Origin: Octopus vulgaris
Lineage: Eukaryota
DNA: 64,000 bases
Reading direction: 5' to 3'
NCBI GenBank assembly: GCA_951406725.2
Contig: OX597817.1
Location: 14,074,001-14,138,000 of the forward strand
Below are positions 31,279 to 44,316 of the stretch, piece by piece. The notes under the pieces are model-generated. The model had not been told where the DNA came from and ran no database searches. It saw nothing but the letters and a program-made list of their open reading frames with translations. Every line of letters begins with the position of its first letter. Positions within the stretch are counted from its first letter, which is position 1. The position numbers were made by a program, and so were the translations under genes.

Positions 31279-32045
31279 GGCGGTGAGCTGGCAGAAACGT
31301 TAACGCGCCGGACGAAATGCTGAGCGGTATTTCGTCTGGCGCTACGTTCTGCGTTCAAATTCCGCCGAGGTCGACTTTACCTTTCATCCTTTCGGGGTCG
31401 ATTAAATAAGTACCAGTTACGCACTGGGGTCGATGTAATCGACTTAATACCTATGTCTGTCCTTGTTTAGCCCCTTGTGGGTAATAAAGAAATAGGTATT
31501 TCGTCTGCGTTACGTTGTGAGTTCAAATTCCGCCGAGGTCGACTTTGCCTTTCATCCTTTCGGGGTCGATTAAATAAGTACCAGTTACGCACTGGGGTCG
31601 ATGTAATCGACTTAATACCTATGTCTGTCCTTGTTTGTCCCCTCTGTGTTTAGCCCCTTGTGGGTAGTAAAGAAATAGGTATTTCGTCTGACGTTACGTT
31701 CTGAGTTCAAATTCCGCCGAGGTCGACTTTGCCTTTCATCCTTTTGGGATCGATTAAATAAGTACCAGTTACGCGCTGGGGGTCGATATAATCGACTTAA
31801 TCCGTTTGTCTGTCCTTGTTTGTCCCCTCTGTGTTTAGCCCCTTGTGGATAATAAAGAAATAGGTATTTCATCTGACGTTACGTTCTGAGTTCAAATTCC
31901 GCCGAGGTCGACTTTGCCTTTCATCCTTTCGGGGTCGATTAAATAAGTACCAGTTACGCACTGGAGTCGATATAATCAACTTAATCCGTTTGTCTGTCCT
32001 TGTTTGTCCTCTCCGTTTTTAGCCCCTTGTGGGTAGTAAAGAAAT
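31279..32045 (+). mobile_element. SINE family B tetramer
   Basis: Units restart at 31495, 31678 and 31863 (~184 bp); one 22-bp TSD aggtaaattctctgYgagtcaa (31256-31277 / 32046-32067). Confidence 0.92.
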
Positions 32046-32293
32046 AGGTAAATTCTCTGCGAGTCAATTTCGTGAGCCTATTTCGATTCTTGCTTGAAGA
32101 TATATACCTTCCATTTATTGCTAATTGTGAATGAGAGATGAAAAGTTATAAATATCGGGACACCTCTTATTTCGTCATTCCCAAAAATTGTAGCGCTTTT
32201 GTGCTGAATCAAATAAAAAGCAGTATGAATGCTAAACCTGTCCAGGCTTGCGTTGTGACAATGCATACCATTATCAATGTTGGACAGATGGAG

Positions 32294-32388
<95 letters not shown>

Positions 32389-32927
32389 GCAGTTATGCCG
32401 AGATAGAGTTATCTTTTACGTAAGTGTTAATTACACTTGTTTTATGGTGAAGAAAAAAGAAGTGGGATCGCCATCCCTTGATGACGGTGTGCAGCGCGGT
32501 CTCACCAATGTTCTCGGCTGAATTTATCAACAAAAGCCTGGAGCGAACGCCAGCGTCCGTAATCGAAATAACACGTGCCCGGTATAGCTTTTCAATCAAT
32601 ATTACCCCAACGGCTTCATGCGTTATCTTTCAAACACCCAAACCTTTGGAACTGTATATATATAGCTCTAACTATCCGTTAACCTGTCTTGGTTTCTTTG
32701 TATTGCATGTATGCCTTTTGTTGCAGCAGTCAACGCTGACAGTGGGTGCAACAGAAAAATTAATTCTTCAAGTTGAAATTATCCGAGAAGCGGAGATAAC
32801 ACTATTAAAACGCATGCTTAGCTTACCCGTTCCTCTTTACTCCGTCCGTCAGACTAATATACAGAGACACAGGCAAAGAGGGGGGGGGGCATTCCCTTCC
32901 TGTTTATAATGCTCTGTCTCTGTTACA

Positions 32928-32983
<56 letters not shown>

Positions 32984-33145
32984 TTTCCCTGTCTCTCCCG
33001 CTCTTTCAATGATATTTCTTTATATATTTAGCTTCTCCGTTTTTCTTGTTTTTCGTTTTTAATCGCTCTCCCCTTGCAACACACATACATACGAACATAC
33101 GCACATGTGTCAATACACACATACACACACATACACACACAGATA

Positions 33146-33276
<131 letters not shown>

Positions 33277-33414
33277 ACATACACACACACAGACAGACAG
33301 AAAGAAAGAAGACATATATTTATATGTGTATGTATGTGTGGATACATATTTCATGTACATATATATGTGTGTGTGTGCCTGTGTGTGTATATATATATAT
33401 ATATACATATAGAC

Positions 33415-33651
<237 letters not shown>

Positions 33652-33670
33652 CATTGATAGACAGATAGAC

Positions 33671-33719
<49 letters not shown>

Positions 33720-33726
33720 TATATTC

Positions 33727-33758
<32 letters not shown>

Positions 33759-34165
33759 GAATATATTCATATATATATATATATATATATATGCATATAT
33801 ATATGCATATATATATGCATATATTTGTGTGTGGAGTAAGAAAGAGAGAGAGAAGAGAGAGAAGAGAAATACTAAGATGCAACTGAAAGGGAGAAGAAGG
33901 GTAGAGAAGGTGCATTTGTAATAAGTATGTGTAGACACATGTGTTGGCGAGCGTATGTATAAATTAAATTAAACTTTCATTTAACAAGTCTGTGTTTTAG
34001 ACCGATGTGTTTGCTGCACATGTTGTTGTTCGTATGTTTGTTTGTGTGTTTTGTGTGTGTGGAAAGGCGGACAGCGTAATCTTATATTTGTTGAATATTA
34101 CGTAACAAAAACAGAGGTAGATCTCAGATTACGAAGCGGCAAAGAGGTGGCCTTACTCTCCTCTG

Positions 34166-34209
<44 letters not shown>

Positions 34210-34290
34210 TACTTCTGCTCCCCTCTCGTTATCTTTCTCTTTCTCTCGACCATTCTCCTCCCCTTTCACCTCCTCCTCCTCCTCCTCCTC

Positions 34291-34314
<24 letters not shown>

Positions 34315-34321
<7 letters not shown>

Positions 34322-34525
34322 TCTCTCTCTCTCTCTGCATTCTGATCCCCCCTCTCTCTCTCTGCATTCTGATCGCCCCCCTCTCTCTCTCTCTCTGCAT
34401 TCTGATCCCCCCTCTCTCTCTCTCTCTGCATTCTGATCCCCCTCTCTCTCTCTCTCGCTGCATTCTGATCCCCCTTTCTCTCTCTCTCTCTGCATTCTGA
34501 TCCCCCCTCTCTCTCTCTCTCATCC
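34315..34525. repeat. Minisatellite, about 7 copies of ccc(tc)n-tgcattctgat
   Basis: Direct reading. Confidence 0.9.
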
Positions 34526-34995
34526 TCATACACGCTCTAACCTTTTTTCACCTTTAACACTATACAATTGCACCATCACATTGCTCTCTCTTTTTTTTCT
34601 TTTTCACACATTTCTCTCACTGCCTCTCTCTGCCTCTCTCTGCCTCTCTCTCTCTCTCTCTTTCGCTCTTTTATTTCACTCTTACATAATTTCATTTCAT
34701 TCCTTTCACAATTTTTTTTCTATCAAACAGTCTCGCCATTTTCTTTTTGCTCTCTTTTAATAATAATTTTCCGCAAACTGCAATGTTTGAGGTACATTTT
34801 ATTTTTTATTGTTTGTCGGTCGATTTTGTTGTTTGTTTCTTTTTTCTTATTTCGTTTTTGCTTTTTGTTATTTCTTCCTTAACAGATATTTATGCCTTTC
34901 TGTCTTTGACCACATTTTCATTTGATTACCTTATAATACTTGCTGGTTGCCGACGTAATCTAACTCTAATAGGTGTGTGTGTGTATGTATCTGTT

Positions 34996-35153
<158 letters not shown>

Positions 35154-35240
35154 TGTCTGTGTGTGTGTGTCTGTGTGTGTGTGTGTGTCTGTGTGTTTAT
35201 GTGTGTGTGTGTGTCTGTGTGTATGTATCTGTTTGCGTGT

Positions 35241-35800
<560 letters not shown>

Positions 35801-36140
35801 GTGTGCTTATGTGCGTTGTGTGTATGCATGTGTATGTGTCTGTGTATGGATGTATGTGAGTATCTACGTGTATACATGTTTACGAGTCAGTGTATGTATG
35901 TGGGTGTCTGAGTGCGTGTATGTGCTTGACTCTACATATATGTATATAATTGTGTGCGTGTGTTCAAGTCTGTAGTGTATATGTATGTGAGCGTGTGTGT
36001 GTGTGTGTGTGTGTATGTGTTTGTGCATGTGTCTATGTATGGGAGTATGCGAGTGTATGGATGTGTACGTGCTAACATACCTGCGTATGTGCCTGATGTG
36101 AGTGTGCGAGTGTTTGTGTATGCGTGCACGTGTGTGTGTA

Positions 36141-36171
<31 letters not shown>

Positions 36172-36446
36172 GTGTATGTGTGTGTGTGTGAGTGTGTGTG
36201 TGTGTGTGTGTGCGTGAATATAACTCAATGTGTGGGGAATGTATATGTCCCCAGGTCTGTTTTTGCAAATGTCTAAGTGTTTATGCATGTATGGTTGTGT
36301 GTGTGTTGTGTGTGTGTGTACGTATGTGTGTGTATGCGTATGTATGTGTGTGTGTGTAGGTACGTGAGTGTCTTTGCACGAACGTATCTGTGTATGCATG
36401 TATGTGTAAGTAAATACATGTACATGCATTCTCTACCTGTAATGTA

Positions 36447-36668
36447 CGAAGGGGGTGCTGAAAAATTCCTCGCTTTAAGGGTATCGCGAAAGGCCTGACT
36501 GGAGGGCCCAACCTTCCGAGTTCCTTTACCGAGCTTAGAAAAAACTGAAGGATCACTGCAATAAGTGTGTGAACCTGAGAGGGGAATGTATTGAATAAAA
36601 TCGCAATTAACTGATCCTCCTGTATTTTCTTTTATTCAAAGCCAAGAAACTTTTGCAGTATTCCCTCG
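36447..36668 (+). mobile_element. Mariner internal-deletion derivative
   Basis: TA-cgaagggggtgctgaaaaattcct ... aaacttttgcagtattccctcg-TA; retains transposase C-terminus KCVNLRGECIE*; TIR matches 52350-52378. Confidence 0.75.
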
Positions 36669-36691
36669 TATGTATTAATAAATGTACGTGT

Positions 36692-37118
36692 AGGAGTGGC
36701 TGTGTGGTAAGTAGCTTGCTAACCAACCACATGATTCCGGGTTCAGTCCCACTGCGTGGCATCTTGGGCAAGTGTCTTCTGCTATAGCCTCGGGCCGACC
36801 AATGCCTTGTGAGTGGATTTGGTAGACGGAAACTGAAAGAAGCCTGTCGTATATATGTATATATATATATATATGTGTGTCTTTGTGTGTCTGTGTTTGT
36901 ACCCCTAGCATTGCTTGACAACCGATGCTGGTGTGTTTACGTCCCGTCACTTAGCGGTTCGGCAAAAAGAGACCGATAGAATAAGTACTGGGCTTACAAA
37001 AGAATAAGTCCCGGGGTCGATTTGCTCGCCTAAAGGCGGTGCTCCAGCATGGCCGCAGTCAAAATGACTGAAACAAGTAAAAGAGTAAAAGAGTAAAGAG
37101 TAAAAGAGTAAAAGAGTA
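36692..37118 (+). mobile_element. SINE family A
   Basis: Full family match. Confidence 0.92.
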
Positions 37119-37751
37119 TGCATGTGCAGCTGTACATGTGTGTGTGTGTGTTTGCATGAATATGTATTTCTGTTGATGTGTCGGGGAGAATTTATACGTA
37201 AAAATGTTATGCTTCAGTGTGTGCGTGGGTGTATGCGTCTATGTGTATACAAAGGCGCGGTTGGCCGAGTTGATCCCGTTTTAATCCCTGCGTTATCGTG
37301 GTTCTGGTTTCAATAAAAGTTCAGTGTTGCAGTTCGTGTTGAGGTAGCAGAATAGCTTAAGGTTTGAAACTTTTGGAGATAATTTAACCACAAGAGAACT
37401 GTGCTTGGGGAAGTTTGGCAGAGCAATTTCCATTTCATTTGGAATGTGGTCCAACACTGACAGTCGAGCTTCGTCATCTCAAAGGCCGCACTGTGTGGCT
37501 GGAGCACACTGAGCCCAACAGCTGGGTATATTTCATGGTAATTCGTTGATATGAAACAAATAATAATAATAACACAAAGCTTACAGGTTTTTGTAGGAAC
37601 ACTGCTCCACAAACGAATGCTTGTTGAATTCCTATTATAACAATTAGCCCAATTCCTCTTATAATATTTTTTACAGAAGTACTTTATTGAAGCTAAAGCA
37701 GATTATTAACCATGGATGGATGGATTTCAAGAAAAACTTATATATATATAA

Positions 37752-38148
37752 GGCGCAGGAGTGGCTGTGTGGTAAGTAGCTTGCTAACCAACCACATAGT
37801 TCCGGGTTCAGTCCCACTGCGTGGCACCTTGGGCAAGTGTCTTCTACTATAGCCTCGGGCCGACCATAGCCTTGTGAGTGGATTTGGTAGATGGAAACTG
37901 AAAGAAGCCTGTCGTATATATGTAAGTATGTGTATGTTTGTGTGTCTGTGTCTGTCCCTCTAGCATTGCTTGTCAACCGATGCTGGTGTGTTTACGTCCC
38001 CGTCACTTAGCGGTTCGGCAAAAGAGACCAATAGAATAAGTACAGGGATTACAAAGAATAAGTCTCGGGGTCGATTTGCTCGACAAAAGGCGGTGCTCCA
38101 GCATGGCCGCAGTCAAATGACTGAAACAAGTAAAAGAGTAAAAGAGAG
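37752..38148 (+). mobile_element. SINE family A
   Basis: Full family match. Confidence 0.92.
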
Positions 38149-38149
38149 A

Positions 38150-38209
<60 letters not shown>

Positions 38210-38432
38210 TCAATATAGGGTGGCAAAAAAAAATTTTGTAGAATTTTTTTGCCACCAGCGGCCTAGTGGGAAAAAATTAAATAGTCATAGACCATTTTTA
38301 AGTTCAACATCAACAATCAAGGAACGGCCATAATAGGCCATTCACCCACTAGAAATAACAGCCAAAGCTTCAACCGCAAATAAAAATTAATTCCGTAAAC
38401 CAGGAGAAAATTTAAAAAACATTTACCCTGTA

Positions 38433-38539
38433 ATTTCTTATACGATGCACCGTTTCATCTGCTGATTAATGGTAAACTAACCTGATTAAATTAAATCAAG
38501 CCAATCTTCCATAGGCCCTCAGATTCTTCAGTAAGAAAT
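38433..38539 (-). ncRNA. Type I hammerhead ribozyme, copy 1
   Basis: Reverse complement of copies 2 and 3. Confidence 0.85.
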
Positions 38540-38991
38540 AGCCCAAGTCGGAACAGATATTTTCACGAGGCATTTCCGACCTTGCCAAGGTTATATCTGA
38601 CCTAAAATTTTCAAATCGTCGCACTCGCGCCAAATTTATCGGCAGCAAATAAATATAAGCCGTCGATTCCATTACGGAATTAACCAGAAAATTCATAATT
38701 AATCAATATAGGGTGGCAAAAAAAATTTTGTAGAATTTTTTTGCCACCAGCGGCCTAGTGGGAAAAAATTAAATAGTCATAGACCATTTTTAAGTTCAAC
38801 ATCAACAATCAAGGAACGGCCATAATAGGCCATTCACCCACTAGAAATAACAGCCAAAGCTTCAACCGCAAATAAAAATTATTTGCTGCCGATAAATTTG
38901 GCGCGAGTGCGACGATTTGAAAATTTTAGGTCAGATATAACCTTGGCAAGGTCGGAAATGCCTCGTGAAAATATCTGTTCCGACTTGGGCT

Positions 38992-39098
38992 ATTTCTTAC
39001 TGAAGAATCTGAGGGCCTATGGAAGATTGGCTTGATTTAATTTAATCAGGTTAGTTTACCATTAATCAGCAGATGAAACGGTGCATCGTATAAGAAAT
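38992..39098 (+). ncRNA. Type I hammerhead ribozyme, copy 2
   Basis: atttctta-CTGAAGA-atctg-(58 nt)-cagat-GAAA-cggtgcatcg-TA^taagaaat; predicted cut after 39090. Confidence 0.85.
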
Positions 39099-39483
39099 TA
39101 CAGGGTAAATGTTTTTAAATTTTCTCCTGGTTTACGGAATTAATTTTTATTTGCGGTTGAAGCTTTGGCTGTTATTTCTAGTGGGTGAATGGCCTATTAT
39201 GGCCGTTCCTTGATTGTTGATGTTGAACTTAAAAATGGTCTATGACTATTTAATTTTTTCCCACTAAGCCGCTGGTGGCAAAAAAAATTCTACAAAATTT
39301 TTTTTGCCACCCTATATTGATTAATTATGAATTTTCTGGTTAATTCCGTAATGGAATCGACGGCTTATATTTATTTGCTGCCGATAAATTTGGCGCGAGT
39401 GCGACGATTTGAAAATTTTAGGTCAGATATAACCTTGGCAAGGTCGGAAATGCCTCGTGAAAATATCTGTTCCGACTTGGGCT

Positions 39484-39590
39484 ATTTCTTACTGAAGAAT
39501 CTGAGGGCCTATGGAAGATTGGCTTGATTTAATTTAATCAGGTTAGTTTACCATTAATCAGCAGATGAAACGGTGCATCGTATAAGAAAT
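39484..39590 (+). ncRNA. Type I hammerhead ribozyme, copy 3
   Basis: Same motif; CTGAAGA 39492-39498, GAAA 39567-39570, predicted cut after 39582. Confidence 0.85.
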
Positions 39591-39789
39591 TACAGGGTAA
39601 ATGTTTTTTAAATTTTCTCCTGGTTTACGGAATTAATTTTTATTTGCGGTTGAAGCTTTGGCTGTTATTTCTAGTGGGTGAATGGCCTATTATGGCCGTT
39701 CCTTGATTGTTGATATATATATATATATATATATAGACTGCTGTCCAATTGTCACTGAGGAAGTCCATCACTAAAGAACACTGCGCACT

Positions 39790-40800
39790 CAGATAAAATG
39801 ATGCTTTGCACTTGCGGCCGCGCTAGTGACAAATGAGCCTAGCTCTTGGTAGACACACGCGTCTTCAGATACTGTAAACAAAACTTCCCCATTCCACTAC
39901 ATTTGCAGTGCGTTTTCTAGAAACTCGCTGAAGTTCAGCGTGCAAAATGGGTATCTTTTCAAAAAAGTCCGTTCTTTCCTTTATTCATTTCCTGCATTGG
40001 TGGCGATGACAAACATTGCTTTCCCAATTGACCTTCCATATCTCATGTTTTTAATGAGGACTGTATACAATTCTTAAGCCGTAGTCTTGATCTCTTCTGG
40101 GGGCGCTTTACACAAACAAGTTTCCTATATAGCATCTGTTAAAGATCTTCTGATCACTCCTTTGAACAAGATGCCCAGTCCAGCGTAATCGGTGCTTGTG
40201 CACCATAGTCTCAATGCTCAGGATATCGGCTCCTCTCAGATCTTCTGTGTCTGGAGTCCACAAGGACTAGCATTCAGAATGTTTCATATTTCTGATGGAA
40301 GCTTCGAGGACCCTTACATGACGCCTGTATAGGACCCGCGTCTCACATGAGTAAAAGAGCGACGTAAGCGCACACGCACAATACACAGTAACTTTTGTTC
40401 GCCCCGTGGTGCCATGTTGGGACCAGACACGTGACTCAAGAGTCCTAAAGAAATCAGTGCTTTCTGAAGCCTTAAAGATATTTCATCATTCAAAGAGCGA
40501 TACTGGCAGAGTGTGCGACCCAGGTAGACAAATTTGTCTACCACTTTCATTGCTGTTCCTCCAACTAAGATAGATGGTTTCACATAAGGGTTCCCTGGCG
40601 CAGGCTGGAACATTGCAATAGCCTTTTCATGTCAAGTAACAAACCCAAATGCCTTGCAAGGTACAGAAATATGATTCATTAAAATTTTCCTATCTTCAGC
40701 TATGTAAGCAACTAATTAGCAATCATCCGCATAGAGGAAATCACAAATAAGAGACTGTAAAACTTTTGAATTCGTAGTAAATCGACGCAAGTTGAATGGA
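39790..40800 (-). pseudogene. RTE-clade LINE RT fragment, frameshifted
   Basis: FLYADDC near 40720-40740, VDKFVYLG, LRWTGH motifs on the minus strand. Confidence 0.8.
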
Positions 40801-40890
40801 GGCCAGGGTTTCGGTACATCACATATATCCCAGAGGAAAATACTCAGCAAACTTGGATGTTCGAATCACTTTGTATCCATAATTAAATCG

Positions 40891-40957
<67 letters not shown>

Positions 40958-41053
40958 AATTGTTCTCCACAGTAACTGCAGGGAATTTGAATTTTAACAG
41001 TTGAAATATGTCACAAACATATTTTAACTGACCTAAAGTTTGCATATACATAT

Positions 41054-41241
<188 letters not shown>

Positions 41242-41248
41242 GTATGTG

Positions 41249-41283
<35 letters not shown>

Positions 41284-42649
41284 TATATATGATCACAAAC
41301 GTTACTTCGTACAAATATACCTGGTGCCATTTGCGTTCGCTCGAGTTATTCTTTTCGTTTATGACGAGATCGATAAAATTTGTATCACATATGTACTGTG
41401 ATCAATAAAGGCTAAAAGTTTGAAATGTGATGCTCCAACATGGACTCAGAACAATGCTGAAGAAAAAATATGAAAGATAAAAAAAAAAAAAACTCAGAGT
41501 TGTTACAGGAGTAACCTATTTAGTTGACTCCTCTTATGATTGCCTCTTCTTACTGCTATACACTTTTCTTGGTTGGGTTAAAATCGTTTCTCACATATTA
41601 TGGAAAGCAAATGAAAAAACATGCCGTTAAAATTTGCACAATAGTTAAGATCAAAACACAATGTTACTCAGACAAATACAAAAGGAAAATGAATTAATAG
41701 TCTGAAAAATCTAAATTATTACCGCAATAACTCAAATCCTTTCATAAATTCTGACATGTCATCACATTTTCCAGTTTCTGCAACGTCTCGGTTTTTTGAT
41801 AATATTCTATCGAACTGGCACCGCAACAATAGTAAAAGAAAAGTGAAAGAAAACATAAAAGGCACTTTTTTTTTTTCGCCACAGAATGTTCTCATATGGA
41901 GATGATATTCTGTTGCTAGTTAGAGACCAGAGCTGTTGCTCTGAATCAATGTTCGCTCTGATATTTAATGATCTGTATGCACAGAAATGTTATGAAGTGC
42001 AATAACTACATATGCATTGACTTTTTTTTATGGAAACCTATAACGATTAAGAAGTGTTGACGTGTATCTGAGATACCAACTACATTGGTATTCATTAGAA
42101 AAAGTGTTTTTACATTGTGCCAAGTATCTTATTGTTTTGAAGACGCACGGAGCTTATCAATCATGAATTTGTATCGAACTTGTATTGTTCCTTTTCTTTT
42201 GCATGTTTCTGTGGAAATTTTTCCTTTTTTTTTTTTTTTTGTCTTTTAAAATTTCCTTTGTAGTCTGGTTGCAAATCATATATGCCTGCACACGTACACG
42301 GCTTAAAAGGGAATATTGAGCTGAACTCCGCACAACTTTGACACCAATAAAAGAATGCGTTTCTTTCATTAGTTAGCATTGACGCCACTATTAGTATCAT
42401 CTGCAGAGCTAGTAATTCGGCGCCGACAAATAAAAATAACCTTTTTGAATCTAGGAAAGAAAAAAATTTGTATATATCATTAATAAACAAAAAGAAAAGC
42501 AATCATTTAAAAGCTCTAAAATAAATTGAATTAACTGGCTTTCGATGTATACACACATGGCGCGCTGAAGATTTTCATGGAATCTAACAATGATATCCTT
42601 TTAAATAGTCACAAGTCAACGTTTGATAGAAAAAAAAAGAGCAAGAAGG

Positions 42650-43290
42650 AGAAGAAAGGAGTAGGAATAGCAGTTGGTGCGGAGCCTGGATGTTGGACAT
42701 TGTAATGGGAACAAGGGTGAGTAAGAGTTTCTAACTGGAGAAGGGGCAAGACCAGTCAACTCTGATAAACAGTAATGAGTTGGTTTTGAGATATAGAACG
42801 AAGAGAGTGGGGAGAAAAACGAACCCCAGAGAACACCAGAGCTGATTGAGAGTGAGGCAGAAAGAACTCTGTCAACTCATGCTGTGATGGTGTGTTCTGA
42901 AAAGAAGCTACCCATCCGAGAGATGAAAGATGAGTAGATTACAGGTGGGGGGAAAGTTTTGATAAGTTGGGATTCCTGACACGGTGGAAGGCTTTGCTGA
43001 GGTCAAGGTCGACGACGTTGCCTTCAGCGAACTTCTCTCAAGCGAAAGTCTACTGGTGTATGACATAAGAAGGTAATAGCGTGAGAGTGAAAGAAAGACA
43101 GAGAGAGAGAGAGAGATAGGGAGAAGAAAGGAAGAAAGAAAGGAGTAAGGGAAAGGGAGAGAGACTCGAGTTGATGGAGAGTGATATTGCCAATGGTTAC
43201 CTCCACTATAGAAATGTCAGAAAGAAGTGTGAGCAATAAGACTTGGCTAGGTCATAAAGGTGGTCTTTCTTTAGAAAGGAACAGACTGAA
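42650..43290 (-). pseudogene. Old LINE RT fragment
   Basis: VVDLDLSKAFHRV and a degenerate SGV-x-x-GS-x-x-SP motif on the minus strand. Confidence 0.55.
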
Positions 43291-43591
43291 GCATGCTTTC
43301 AAATTGTCAGAGTATATTTTCTTAGAGAGTACACACACACACACACACACACACATAAATATATATTGATAGAAATGGTAAGACAACAAAGGAATGAAAG
43401 AGACCTCGATATTATGTAAATAGAGGAATTTATCTGTAAATGTAATATGTGACAATTATTCGGTAGCCATGATAAAACTCCGAGTTTTGGATGTCGGGGT
43501 GGAAATCCACGCCGCCATCTCTTCAGTAATCTGGCCATCGGAAAAAATGCTATCATTTTTTCCGATGGCCGAATAGCTGTACACTCACACA

Positions 43592-43650
<59 letters not shown>

Positions 43651-43682
43651 CACACACACACACACATAACAGTCAAAACTCT

Positions 43683-43714
<32 letters not shown>

Positions 43715-43783
43715 GATTCGTCATGATATATCGCTCGCCACTAAACCTTTTTCTGTTTTCTGTCCCGTTTTATTTCTGTATTC

Positions 43784-43819
43784 CTTTCTGTCGAAGAGCG
43801 TAGGCTCGAAACGTAAAAG
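43784..43819 (+). ncRNA. Minimal hammerhead-like motif with variant core
   Basis: cttt-CTGTCGA-A-gagc-gtag-gctc-GAAA-cg-TA-aaag. Confidence 0.5.
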
Positions 43820-43934
43820 ACTTTCTCACTTCCCGACTGTTAAACTAATCCCTTGACGACATTGTAACCTTCATTTGACTAAGGTATGTTTGGCTTGTTG
43901 AGTAGCTAACAGAATACCCCATATTAGGGTAATT

Positions 43935-44316
43935 GGAGGCGCAATGGCCCAGTGGTTAGGGCAGCGGACTCGCGGTCATAGGATCGCGGTTTCGATTCCC
44001 AGACCGGGCGTTGTGAGTGTTTATTGAGCGAAAACACCTAAAGCTTCACGAGGCTCCGGCAGGGGATGGTGGTGATCCCTGCTGTACTCTTTCACCACAA
44101 CTTTCTCTCACTCTTACTTCCTGTTTCTGTTGTACCTGTATTTCAAGGGGCCGGCCTTGTCACTCTCTGTGTCACGCTGAATATCCCCGAGAACTACGTT
44201 AAGGGTACACGTGTCTGTGGAGTGCTCAGCCACTTACACGTTAATTTCACGAGCAGGCTGTTCCGTTGATTCGGATCAACCGGAACCCTCGTCGTCGTAA
44301 CCGACGGAGTGCTTCC
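43935..44316 (+). mobile_element. SINE family C
   Basis: TSD attagggtaatt (43923-43934 / 44317-44328). Confidence 0.93.

Larger units (their letters stand above)
38204..39713. mobile_element. Retrozyme-like / Penelope pLTR-like array of a ~493-nt unit in tandem and inverted orientation
   Basis: Left arm 38204-38881 (period 493), right arm 38879-39713 inverted (period 492); near-identical copies; (TA)n at both ends; one hammerhead per unit. Confidence 0.8.

Noticed and set aside
31279-32045. Regular repeats superficially like a CRISPR array
   Set aside because: Whole ~184-bp units repeat without unique spacers; no cas genes; eukaryotic SINE
37258-37620. GC-richer island with a 100-aa minus-strand ORF
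   Set aside because: No recognisable motif in the frames read; probably a decayed transposon, cannot be assigned
39327-39527. 66-aa ORF repeated in the 493-nt unit (also 38496-38696, minus strand)
   Set aside because: No recognisable motif; it overlaps the ribozyme core, and identity between copies only reflects the repeat
43935-44010. tRNA-like sequences at SINE heads
   Set aside because: A/B boxes are present but they continue into SINE bodies with TSDs; not tRNA genes
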